Below, one piece after another: positions 1 through 10,607 of a DNA stretch of 64,000 nt; positions within the stretch are counted from its first letter, which is position 1; each line of letters begins with the position of its first letter. Position numbers and translations under genes: made by a program. Under the pieces are notes generated by a model. That model saw only the letters and a list, made by a program, of their open reading frames with translations. It had not been told where the DNA came from and ran no database searches. The DNA comes from Octopus sinensis (Eukaryota): positions 94,798,001-94,862,000 of the forward strand of contig NC_043006.1 in NCBI RefSeq assembly GCF_006345805.1. Reading direction: 5' to 3'.

Positions 1-260
1 GTATGTATGTATGCATGCATGTATGTATGTATGTATGTATGTATGTATGTATGTATGTATTTATGTATGTATGTATGTATGTATGTATGTATGTATGTAT
101 TTATGTATGTATGTATGTATGTATTTATGTATGTATGTATGTATTTATGTATGTATGTATGTATTCATGTATGTATATATGTATGTATGTATTTATGTAT
201 GTATGTATGTATGTATGTATGTATGTGTGTATGTATGTATGTGTGTGTGTGTGCGTGTGT
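1..260. repeat. (TATG)n grading into (TG)n microsatellite
   Basis: Directly visible; explains the MYVC-type ORFs. Confidence 0.97.
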
Positions 261-1164
261 GACTGATTACTCTAATATTTTCATGCACTAACCTCCATAA
301 TACTGTACAATTAAGTGTATAGACGCGTTGAAATGCTTATACATAATGTTCTGTCCATCTCTTAACAATTTATGCTAACAAATATGTGTGTGTGGCTGTA
401 GGTGTGGCTGTGTGGCTGTGTGGGAGTGTGGATATGGATGTGTGTGTGAAGGTGTGACATGAAAATTTGTTTGCTTTTGTTTATGTATATATGCATATAT
501 ATGTGCATATATATACACAGATATTTGTCTGTCTATGTATACATGAGTGTGTGTGTATGTATATGCATTTGTGTATGCATGTACGCTTGTATGTATACAT
601 TTATACATGAATGTGTATGTTTGTGTGTATGCGTATGTGTGTGTGTATGTGTTTTACATCTTTTTGTATCCAAGTACATAAGAATGTGTAGGGTTGGTTG
701 CGTTCTTCTAACTTTGTCTATTCGCTAACGGGAACATCAGGTTTGATTCTTCATTTTTAGTTCTTCGTATATCAGTCTAATCTCGTGGTTAACACTCTCT
801 GGGAATATAACTGATCACACATCGTATATTTCATTGCACGTGTTGTCAATATTGCTAATCACTCATTAATGAATCTTTGTGGTACAGAGAAGTCAAACCA
901 TGCGTTTACAAATAGATTGCTAAATGCTTTTGTACACAGACACAATCCACACACGAATATAATGTATAATAAAATAAGCTCATATATTCACACAAATATT
1001 ATACGTACTTTCAAAATGTATGTTTTAAAAATTGTATCACATTTAAAAATAAACTACTTTGCTTGAACCAATTCTGAGGGAGAAAAGTCACGAGTGTGTT
1101 TATATATATATATATATAAAATATTAGAAAAAAAACACCTTTTATCAATTCAAATTCAAAATGA

Positions 1165-1210
<46 letters not shown>

Positions 1211-1487
1211 GTGGAATTTGATTTAGTATTTCTAAATTGAATTATTTTTCCTTGTAAGTTTGGATTTTATTCCCTCAAATAATAATTATATATATATATA
1301 TATTATATATATAATAAATATTAGGGAATAAATCCAAATTTACAGGGAAAAAATCAGATTTAGGATTAAATCCAATTTTATAGTAAAATATTATAAAATA
1401 TTATTAGAGACAAAACCACTATTTTGCAAAACAAACAAGGAAAGACTTAATCATACATAAAATTTTAATAAATAGTCAAAAAAACCG

Positions 1488-1530
1488 CCACTACAATTGT
1501 TTCTTGTCTTGATCGACAATCTTCAGGTGG
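1488..1530 (-). ncRNA. Minimal type I hammerhead ribozyme motif (mirror copy)
   Basis: Exact reverse complement of 1578-1620 in the left palindrome arm. Confidence 0.85.
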
Positions 1531-1577
1531 ACTTCCAATAAGTCAGTTTCAAATTTTGAAACTGACTTATTGGAAGT

Positions 1578-1620
1578 CCACCTGAAGATTGTCGATCAAG
1601 ACAAGAAACAATTGTAGTGG
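1578..1620 (+). ncRNA. Minimal type I hammerhead ribozyme motif
   Basis: ccac (stem I)-CTGAAGA-ttgtc/gatcaa/gacaa (stem II)-GAAA-c aatt g (stem III, palindromic loop)-TA-gtgg (stem I); all core positions match consensus. Confidence 0.85.
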
Positions 1621-1729
1621 CGGTTTTTTTGACTATTTATTAAAATTTTATGTATTGATTAAGTCTTTCCTTGTTTGTTTTGCAAAATAGTGGTTTTGTC
1701 TCTAATAATATTTTATATATATATATATA

Positions 1730-2430
1730 TACTTTCTTTCTATCAGCCCTTTCACACTTACTTCGTTCTTTCCACTCTTCTTTCTTTCGTTCTCCTTTTC
1801 TCAAATTTCTTGGTTTTATCTTCATTCTCACCTTCTCTCCTCGTTCACTTCACTCTGTCCCTTTACTTTTTTCTCGTCCCTCCCTAATTATTCTATCCCT
1901 CTGTCTCTACTTCTCTCCTCTCCATGTGACCGGTGTCCGGCCAAGCCTGACCTTTCATTCCTGGTTTGACTACCATCCGTGTAACATCTATATTCTTTTC
2001 CAAGCCTGCCATCCCTCATTTCCCTGCCGTGTGGCTTTACTTCCACATACACCAGCTTAATTTAGTTCGTCCTTAGTCGAAAGACTCCTGTTGTTAATGT
2101 CCAGTTATTTGCATTTTCATTTGTGTAACGTTTCTCCGGTTTTTACTCGTCCTTGTTTTCGTATACGTTCGCTACTTTCTTCCAAGAAATCTAGTGCTCT
2201 TAGCTTAGCTTTTCTTTGGATCTGGCCAGATTAGATCAATTTCGAGTATAACCAGCTGAACTTGCAACGATAATCTGGAACTCGACTGAGGAAAGAAAAC
2301 TCCGAATGACCCGTCTTGCTTTTCTTGTCCCTTTTTCTCAATCATCTGTTTGAATGTTTTGTTGTCCCTTATTTTGTATCATCTGGATGTTTTGCGTTCT
2401 TGTCCCATTCATTGTTTTGCTTTAAATATG
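1730..2430 (+). mobile_element. Pyrimidine-rich interspersed repeat, probably Penelope-associated
   Basis: 2170-2300 (ccaagaaatctagtgctcttagc...gactgagga) resembles the reverse complement of 14320-14440; lies next to the hammerhead palindrome; no ORF. Confidence 0.35.
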
Positions 2431-2450
2431 TCCGTGTGTGCGCGCGCGCG

Positions 2451-3180
2451 CGGGGGGGTCTGATCAATAAGTATCCGGACTGTTGCTATAGTAGCAAAGC
2501 TAAAGCACAAAGAGTAAAGCCGCTTGGCACAGTTTGGCACTCTGCTATGTATGCACACAAGTGTTAACGTTCTTGCTCACTTCCGCTGTTTACAGCAGTG
2601 GTTAGAAGGAACGTGTGTAACGTGTGATTGTCGCACTGACCATAACAAAGAAAGTTGAGCAGAGAATCTGCATCAAATTTTGTCCAAAGCTTGGCGTTAC
2701 CTGCTCAGAGGTCTACGCCTTGTTTTCTCAAGAACTTTTCACTGCTTTCGACACAATCGAGGAGAACTTCTGCAACTGTAACCCTTTCGGTCAGTTGAAA
2801 GCAGTTTTGGCACAAACTTGGCAGACACGCGTCTAATGCACATATCTTCAGTAATAATTGACTTAACTGAACCGTAACTAATCTGCACATCCTCTGATAT
2901 CTCACAGATGGTGATTCGACGATTTCCGCTCAGAGATGCACGTACATCTGCGATGTTCTTCTCAGTTCTGCTGGTTGCGGGTTTTAAAGTGCGTTCGTTG
3001 ATATCGACATTTTGGAGACGTCTGAGCTACTTGTAGACTTTTGAGCGGATCATACGCTCCTCTCCATACACCTTCTGCAACTTTGCGTAGGCTTCTGAAC
3101 AGCTATCATATTGACAACTTTGTTTGTCATGGTCAATACGACAATCACACGCTACATACCTTCCTTCCAAGCACTGCATC
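2451..3180. mobile_element. Non-autonomous mariner derivative, right end truncated
   Basis: Left TIR ctgatcaataagtatccggact; transposase N-terminus KVEQRICIKFCPKLG on + and a second N-terminal piece (CSEAYAKLQKVYGEE) on -; homologous to 58088-58889. Confidence 0.85.
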
Positions 3181-3579
3181 AACGAGAGTTGATATATATG
3201 GAAAAAAGTCAAGGTAGACAATACTAAAAAGATTTTATAGAAAACATTTCCATACCGGTTTCAGTCATTGAGACCTTTTCAACTGTATGTATAGAAATCA
3301 AGTGAATTTTGGAAAAATTAAAAGAAAAGTTTTGTAAAAGAATATTTGAATAGTATTCAAATACAAGAGGCATTTTCCTTGTTTCTGCCTGCCTCCGTCT
3401 TTCTTGATTGCTAAAGGCCTGTTCGATCGCAATTATTCGATCGGTGTTTCGATATTAGATAACAGTTTTGACTTTTGAATGACATGGGTGAGGCATGAGA
3501 TTTCGTGTGATTGCTCATTATGTGAGATTAAAGCATTAATGAACCTGAGTCAAAGGAATAATATCTATCCATCTACCTG

Positions 3580-3658
<79 letters not shown>

Positions 3659-4262
3659 CTATACATACATATATAAATATATATGTATATATACTTAAAA
3701 GAGTGGTGCCTCATCTCGGAGACAGTGTGTCTTTATCCCCTGTGGCCTACTTGCCTATAGTTTTGTATGTGAATATACACGAATATATTTTGCCACATTT
3801 GTCGACACATCGCTCCCTGCTCCTTGTATCTGTTTCGTACATATTCCTTTGTTCTCCAGTCTACCATTTTACCAATTGTTTGCCCGAATATTGTCCTGCA
3901 AGATAGTCAATATTTCATAATAGAGCATGTTCAGTATTTTATGCTGTATAGAGAATGTATGCAAGGAGTAGAGGAAGAGAGTGTGTGAGGTTGCGCTCTG
4001 TGGTTTCATCCAGGTCCGTTCCTTGCTAATATAAATATACTTTCTCAGAATTTATATGGCAGACGTTACTGTGCGTTCATTTGATAGTCATAATGTTTCC
4101 ATTCATTGTAGAATCGACGTGCACAGGAGAACTATGGTGTTAATTCATCCGCGTTAGTATAATTGTATCTTTACGCGTGACATCCTGTATGAGCAATAGA
4201 GCATTAGTTGATACTAATGTATAAACTTGTACAGCGGTGTATGATCCTCTGCGCTAAGCTAT

Positions 4263-4676
4263 TACTCATTTACTCATTTACTTGTTTCAGTCATTTGACT
4301 GCGGCCATGCTGGAGGACCGCCTTTAGTCGAGCAAATCGACCCCGGGACTTATTCTTTGTAAGCCCAGTACTTATTCTATCGGTCTTTTTTTGCCAAACC
4401 GCTAAGTGACGGGGACGTAAACACACCAGCATCGGTTGTCAAGCAATGCTAGCGGGACAAACACAGACACACAAACATATACATACATATACATACATAT
4501 ATACATATATACGACAGGTTTCTTTCAGTTTCCGTCTACCAAATCCACTCACAAGGCATTGGTCGGCCCGAGGCTATAGCAGAAGACACTTGCCCAAGAT
4601 GCCACGCAGTGGGACTGAACCCGGAACTATGTGGCTGGTAAGCAAGCTACTTACCATACAGCCATTCCTGCGCCTA
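4263..4676 (-). mobile_element. tRNA-derived SINE family A, full length
   Basis: Head ggcgcaggaatggctgtatggtaag...gttccgggttcagtccc (A/B-box-like), internal (TATG)n, tail gcatggccgcagtcaaatgactgaaacaagt plus (aaatgagt)n; many copies in window. Confidence 0.9.
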
Positions 4677-4679
4677 TAA

Positions 4680-5262
4680 ATTCTTTTGTATAAATTCTTT
4701 TCTACACTAGGCACAAGGACCGAATATTTTTTGTAGGTGGGGGAGCATTCAAATACACCAACCCCGATACGCAACTGGTACTGAATTTGTCGACCCCAAA
4801 AGAATGAAACGCAAAATCGACATTTGAACTCAGGACGTAAAGACAGACGAAATACTGCTAAGCATTTCGCCCGGCATGCTAACGTTTCTGTTCTACACTG
4901 ACACAAGACCCTAATTTTTCTTTTTTGGTAGGGGCAGTCAATTACACCGACCCCACTATACAACTGGTACTTAATTTATCGACCCCGAATGGGTGAAGGG
5001 GAAAGTCGACCCCAGCGGAATTTGAACTCAGAACGTAAAGACAGGAAATACCAATTTCTTTACTACCTACAAACAAGGACAGAGAAACAGATTAAGTCGA
5101 TTATATCGACCCCAGTGCCTAACTGGTACTTATTTAATCGACCCCGAAAGGATGAAAGCAAAGTCGACCTAGACGGAATTTGAACTCAGAACGTAGCGGC
5201 AGACACAAACACACTAAGCATTTCGCCCGGTGTGCTAACGTTTCTGCCAGCTCATCGCCTTC
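4680..5262 (-). mobile_element. Two to three tandem, partly truncated copies of tRNA-derived SINE family B
   Basis: Head ggcgatgagctggcagaaacgttagc, B-box gttctgagttcaaattcc, central gtcgactttgctttcatcctttcggggtcgattaaataagtacc (resembles the Meta/MESC-type SINE core; recall only). Confidence 0.85.
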
Positions 5263-5336
5263 AATTGTATAAATTATGATAAGGTTTAAGTGTTTAAATT
5301 ATGTGTAGGAATCTTTAATGAAACATCATTGTTGTC

Positions 5337-5386
<50 letters not shown>

Positions 5387-5492
5387 GCATCTTTACTAGT
5401 ACATACGCAGTGAAGCTATACATTAGCGTCGTATTTATTACGTTCGCTATTTCCAGTAATATCGGTACTTCGTTGTACCATTTATTTACTTT

Positions 5493-5564
<72 letters not shown>

Positions 5565-5671
5565 AAAGTAAATAAATGGTACAACGAAGTACCGATATTT
5601 ACTGGAAATAGCGAACGTAATAAATACGACGCTAATGTATAGCTTCACTGCGTATGTACTAGTAAAGATGC
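5387..5671. repeat. Palindrome with about 110-bp unique arms around an (AT)n centre
   Basis: gcatctttactagt...ttttatg is the reverse complement of cataaaa...actagtaaagatgc with a 1-nt indel. Confidence 0.95.
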
Positions 5672-5749
5672 GTGTGTGCAACAAACATGAAAAAGTTGTC
5701 TTACCTCTAGGAAGAACATCTGAAAAATGAAAAACCTAGATAACGGATA

Positions 5750-5822
5750 ATGCAGTACCGGTTTCGGATTTTTCAAAATACGAAGGCCAATCGTATAATT
5801 GATTTATCCTTATCAGCTGCAT
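5750..5822 (-). ncRNA. Type I hammerhead-like motif with long stem II loop and a G8A core change
   Basis: atgcag-CTGATAA-ggat...atcc-GAAA-c cg g-TA-ctgcat; 6-bp stem I. Confidence 0.65.
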
Positions 5823-5833
5823 AAACCTCAACA

Positions 5834-5924
5834 ATATTTCAAATGTTGCCACATCTAAACCAGTACACTCGTCTGAACGCCAAAACGTTCAAAACTGGTT
5901 TAGATGTGGCAACATTTGAAATAT
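5834..5924. repeat. Inverted repeat, 31-bp perfect arms with 29-bp spacer
   Basis: atatttcaaatgttgccacatctaaaccagt / actggtttagatgtggcaacatttgaaatat. Confidence 0.93.
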
Positions 5925-5939
5925 GAAATATGAAGTATG

Positions 5940-6395
5940 TGAGGAGAGAGTGTAGGAGAGAAGAGAGAAGGAGAGAAGAGAGAAGGAGAGAACAGAGAAG
6001 GAGAGAAGAGAGAAGGAGAGAACAGAGAAAGAGAGTAAGAGAGGGTAAGGGAGAAGAGAGAAAGAGAGGGTGAAAGAGTAGGAGAGAAAAGAGAAAGAGA
6101 ATAAGAGAGGAGAGAGAAAGGGAGTAAGAGAGAAGAGAGAAAGAGAGAAGAGAGAAAGAGAGTAAGAGAGAGAGAGACAGAGAAAGAAAGAAGAGAGAAA
6201 GAGAGTAAGAGGGAAGGAGGGAAGGTGGGAACAGAGAAGGAGGGGAGAGAAAGAGAGTAAGAGAGAAGAGGGAAAGAGAGTAGGGTTGAAGCGAGGTAGC
6301 AGTGAAGAGATGTAGGAGTAGGAGTGAAGAGAAGTAGGAGTTGGGGCAAGAGAGGAGAGTTGGGTGGGAAGAAGGAGGAAGGAGGGGAGAGAGGA
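5940..6395. repeat. (GA)-rich low-complexity purine tract
   Basis: Directly visible; source of Leu/Ser-rich ORFs. Confidence 0.95.
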
Positions 6396-6492
6396 TATAT
6401 GTATATATATATATATATTTACCTAGTTTCAGCTCAGAGCTGCGGCCATGCTGATGCACCGCCGTCTTGTGCTACACTGTTATTACGACGAA

Positions 6493-9490
6493 CCTCGTCT
6501 AATATGTGGCACTTGGTGAAGAATGGAGTTTGATATAGCTACTCTCATTTGCATCTCCTGCCGTGAGGTAGGTTCATCTGGGACTCTTGACAAAAAAGAT
6601 GTCCAGCTTTGATTTAAAAACCGCTACATCCACTTTGTGCAAGTTCCTCAGACTCTTTGGGAGAATATTAAAAAGCTGTCGGCCCTTAAAACCCAGGCTG
6701 TTGCAGAAGCTGGTCCTGAAGCCTGATGGCATTGCTGGGATCTTTGGCACTATGCAGTGTCGTCCCTTTTTAGCATTGGTGTAGCTTACAATGCCAAAAT
6801 TTGGCACAATTCCTTCCAGGATCTTCCAGACATATATTACTGCATACCTCTCCCGTCTTCTCTCCAGGGAGTAGAGTCTTAGCTGTTTCAACCTTTCCCA
6901 GTAGCTGAGCTGTTGCAAAGAGACGATCTTCTTTGTGAATCTACTCTGGATTGCTTCAAGGTCCGCTGTTAATTTTACACTGGTGGGTGACCATAGCTGT
7001 GAGCAGTAATCCAGGCGACTAAGGACGAATGTCCGCCAGAGGACCATCATGGTTTCCTTATCTCTGGTTCTGAATGTTCTTAGGATCCACCCAGCCAGTC
7101 GTCTGCACTTTGTCGCCATCCTGGTAATGTGCACTTGGAAAGAGGTATCATCACTCATGTCGATACCCAGGTCCCTCACAGACTTAGGCTCTGGGATTGA
7201 AATTCCCTGTGGACCGGTGTATCCTGTAAGTTTAATATTCAGTGTTGGATGCTGGTAGCGCAGGGCCTGGACTTTTTCAGCATTAAACTGTATATTATCA
7301 TCCTCAGCCCATCTGTAGATTGAGTCCAACTCCTGCTGCAGGTGTGCAACATCGCTGGGGTTCTGTATTTTCTGCGAGACTTTCGTATCGTCTGCATAGC
7401 TGGCCAGAGTGGCTATCCGGGCACTTGAGGGCATATCTAAGAGGGCCACTATAAAAAGCAGTGGTCCCAAGACAGTGCCCTGTGGAACACCGCTCACTAT
7501 TTGTGTGTTCATAGAGGTGGCTCTATTAACCACTACTACCTGACTCCTATCTTTCAGGAAGTCATGCAACCACACTCCAAGTTTTCCAGCTATGCAGAGG
7601 TCACGTAGTTTGTGGCATATCATACCATGATCCACCTTGTCAAAAGCTTTTGCAAAATCAAGGTAGATTACGTCCACATTTGATTTGTTGAGTAATTGCC
7701 TCAACACCCAGTCATAATGCTGTAAGAGCTGGGTCAGGCAGCTCCTACCTGGTCGGAAACCATGCTGGGTATTACTCAGCAAGTTATTTTCCTCAAGGAA
7801 TGCGATTAGTTTCTTTCTGACTATCCGTTCCATGACTTTGCTGATGTGTGAAGTCAGAGAGATAGGCCTATAGTTTTAGGCATCTGCTCTACTTCCCCCT
7901 TTATGTATTGGGCATATTGTTCCCTCCTTCAGCTTGCTTGGCAGTTTGCCATTCGCAAGAAAGCTCTGGAAGAGAATCTTGAAGGGTTTTGCCAGGGCAT
8001 GCTTACACGCTTTGAGGAGGATGGCTGGGAAACCGTCTGGACCAGCAGCTGAGTTTGTGTCCACTTCATCTATGGCTAGTAGGACATCTTTTTCGCTAAT
8101 GTCAATACATTCTATTGTAACCGCCTCGCTGGTTATAGGTGAGGCGGCAAAGAAATCCACTGGTTCGTTCACTTGTCTGTGTTCCAACGGGGTGGTAAAG
8201 TCACTTTTGAACTGGTCATTCAGCATCTCACTGATCATAGTTGGACTGTCTGTGAGGGAGCCATCCTTTTGGAGGAGGGGTCCTATCTTGTAGTGCACTG
8301 AGACTGTTTCTTTCGCGTAATGAAAGAAGGCCTTTGGGTTTGATTTAATGTTTTTTATAACCCAGGCTTCTTTGTCTGCTTTCTCTTTCACATAGGATTG
8401 TTGCAGCCTTTTTTCGATCTCCATCAGTGTTGTTTTTAGGCGGGACGTTTCGCTACTTTTGGGATGTTGGTTGAGACGATTTGCAACCTTCGTCCGTCGT
8501 CTCATGAGGATCTTCCTGTCTCTTAGAATCTTGCTCCTATTTGTTTTGGCCTTGTGCTCTGGGACATATTTCTGGCATACGGCTTGCACAGAAGACATGA
8601 AACATTCTAGTTTCATGTCAATGTCTGGTGTGGAGAGACATTACGGCCAGTCCTCTCTGAGGATCTCTTTTTGGATCGATTTCCAATCTGCTTTGTGGAA
8701 GTTCAGATTGGAGAGATTTCGGGTGCTTCCTTTAGGCTGTATGTCTCTGGTTACTTTTGGCCCAAACATAGACAGCTCTATTATGTTGTGATCCGAAACT
8801 GATGTCGGTGTCACTTTCACATCATGAATGATGTCCATATTGTTCGTGAAGCAGAGATCCAGAATGTTATTCGCCCTTGTTGGCTTGAGTACAACTTGCT
8901 CCATGAATAAGGCATTGGTGAGGTTGAGCAGGGACTCCACCTGTACTTGCTTGCAATGATTCATTCATGAGAGTATGTGACCTTCGGGCCATTTGACGTT
9001 GGGGAAGTTGAAATCACCCATAAGAAATATGGTCACGTGGTGTTCCAGATTCATGAGGATTTCTTTAATTCTTATGAGGCAATCTTCAAATTTGCCTATG
9101 TGATTTGGGGCATCCGGTGGGCAATATGTATTGCATATGACTATATTATGTTGTCTTATGTCTACAATTAAGGTGTCACATACCGAATTTGAGTATGTCA
9201 TCAAGACCTGGGGTGTGAGGTCATCTCGGATGTATACAGCAACTCCACCATGGCTCCTTTCCCTTCTGTCTGTTCGCAGTATGGCATAGTTTGGTATGTG
9301 TACTTCTGCGTCCTCTATATCAAGGTTGAGGTGAGTTTCCACAAGTGCTATGCATAGGGTTTGATTGCATGCAGAAAGATCTCTCAGGAAAGAAATGTTT
9401 CTATTTTGATGCAACAGGCCCCCAATATTTAGTAAAAGTATTGGGGTGACGGCTGTGCAGGCGTTAGGGGAGGCCATCCCGTGTCTGTTG
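6493..9490 (-). pseudogene. LINE ORF2: AP endonuclease plus reverse transcriptase, broken by stops and frameshifts
   Basis: APE: LLNIGGL, IALVETHL, GGVAVYI, MGDFNFP, NILDLCFTN, SDHNII. RT: AAGPDG, QHGFRPGRSC, YLDFAKAFD, GVPQGTVLGP, YADD, SRLDYCSQLW. ORFs 8965-9582, 8641-8964, 7876-8616, 6574-7833. Confidence 0.93.
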
Positions 9491-9930
9491 ACTGTGGCGG
9501 TCTTGCATAGTGGGGGGCAGGGTTCCTTCTCTGTGCTTGGTGTAGCCAGGTTAGCTGCCGGACAATTCTTTCCGCCATGCATAAAAAAGACGCTTGCGCA
9601 GCAGCTGCGTTGCTTAGAACATCTGAGGAGCGCACTTCGTTTTTAAAAGTTTTCCTGGGAGACATTTCTTGTGTTCCCTCGGTAAAACTTTTCTCTTTGA
9701 GTCCCCTGAAGTTCTGGCGGGGTGTCGGGTGGGCGAACCAGCAGTTTTTGCCGTCCTCACCATGCCAACATTTGCCCCGCAGGTAGAACTTACAGGTTCT
9801 TCGGTGTATTCCAGATTTCTTCTTTCCTGAAGTGTACTGGGTGGCATTGGATCCTCCAGGGGGTTCTCTGCTGTTTGTGTGGTGGGTTGGGGTTTCAGCT
9901 TTGGTTGTTTTGCCTTTTCCCTCCTTAATT
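9429..9930 (-). pseudogene. LINE ORF1 C-terminal remnant with CCCH zinc finger
   Basis: 9729-9794 (-) translates to CKFYLRGKCWHGEDGKNCWFAH. Confidence 0.65.
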
Positions 9931-9950
9931 TTGTTTTCCCTATATATATA

Positions 9951-9987
<37 letters not shown>

Positions 9988-9990
<3 letters not shown>

Positions 9991-10190
9991 TGGAGCACCA
10001 CCTTTTAGTCGAGCAAATCGACCCTAGGACTTATTCTTCGTAAGCCTAGTACTTATTCTATCGGTCTCTTTTGCAGAACCGCTAAGTTACGGGGACGCAA
10101 ACACACCAAGATCAGTTGTCAAGCGATATTGGGGGACAAACACAACCAAACAAACATATACACATACACATACATACACACACATATATA

Positions 10191-10200
<10 letters not shown>
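9988..10200 (-). mobile_element. SINE family A, partial (3' half)
   Basis: tgctggagcacc...gtcgagcaaatcgacc...gggacaaacac matches 4263-4676. Confidence 0.85.
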
Positions 10201-10243
<43 letters not shown>

Positions 10244-10254
10244 TATATTTTACC

Positions 10255-10607
10255 TGACGCTTTCATTCGGTCCCAGGACTTTTTTAAAGCCTAGTACTTA
10301 TTCTCTCAGCCACTTTGCCCGATCACTAGGTCACATGGACGTAAACACACCAATACCGGTTTAAGGTGCTGGTAGGGGAAAATCACAAGACACACGTAGA
10401 TATTATACACATACATACACTCACGTACACACAGTCACACACACACATATATATATATTCGATGAGCTTCTTTCAGTTTCCGACTAGAAAATCCACTCAC
10501 AAAGCTTTGGTAGGCGCGAGGCTGAGGTAGATACTTTCCAGTGTGTCATGCAATGGAACTGAAACTGGAACCACCTGGTTAGGAAAAAAGCTTCTTACCA
10601 CGCAGCC
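10255..10607 (-). mobile_element. SINE family A, diverged copy
   Basis: agcctagtacttattct, cttctttcagtttccg, atccactcacaaagc, cttaccacgcagcc. Confidence 0.75.

Larger units (their letters stand above)
1392..1717. repeat. Near-perfect palindrome (about 162-bp arms, 1-nt centre at 1554)
   Basis: 1392-1553 is the reverse complement of 1555-1717 apart from a 1-nt indel (cttaatcatacat vs atgtattgattaag). Confidence 0.97.
6418..9942 (-). mobile_element. 5'-truncated CR1/L2-type non-LTR retrotransposon between (TA)n tracts
   Basis: ORF1 remnant, AP endonuclease, RT and short 3' UTR in colinear order. Confidence 0.9.

Noticed and set aside
3240-3290. Hammerhead-like string on minus (ttgaaaa-ggtc/tcaat/gact-gaaa-ccgg-ta)
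   Set aside because: Two core changes and no convincing stem I; possibly a relic but not supportable
3700-4260. Possible very decayed Penelope RT-thumb/GIY-YIG on minus (SLAQRII..., VDKCGKIYSCIF)
   Set aside because: Only scattered similarity across frameshifts; needs a profile search
4270-4320. SINE A tail agtc-aaat-gact-GAAAC resembling hammerhead stem II plus GAAAC
   Set aside because: No CUGANGA upstream; better explained as a LINE-type 3' recognition hairpin
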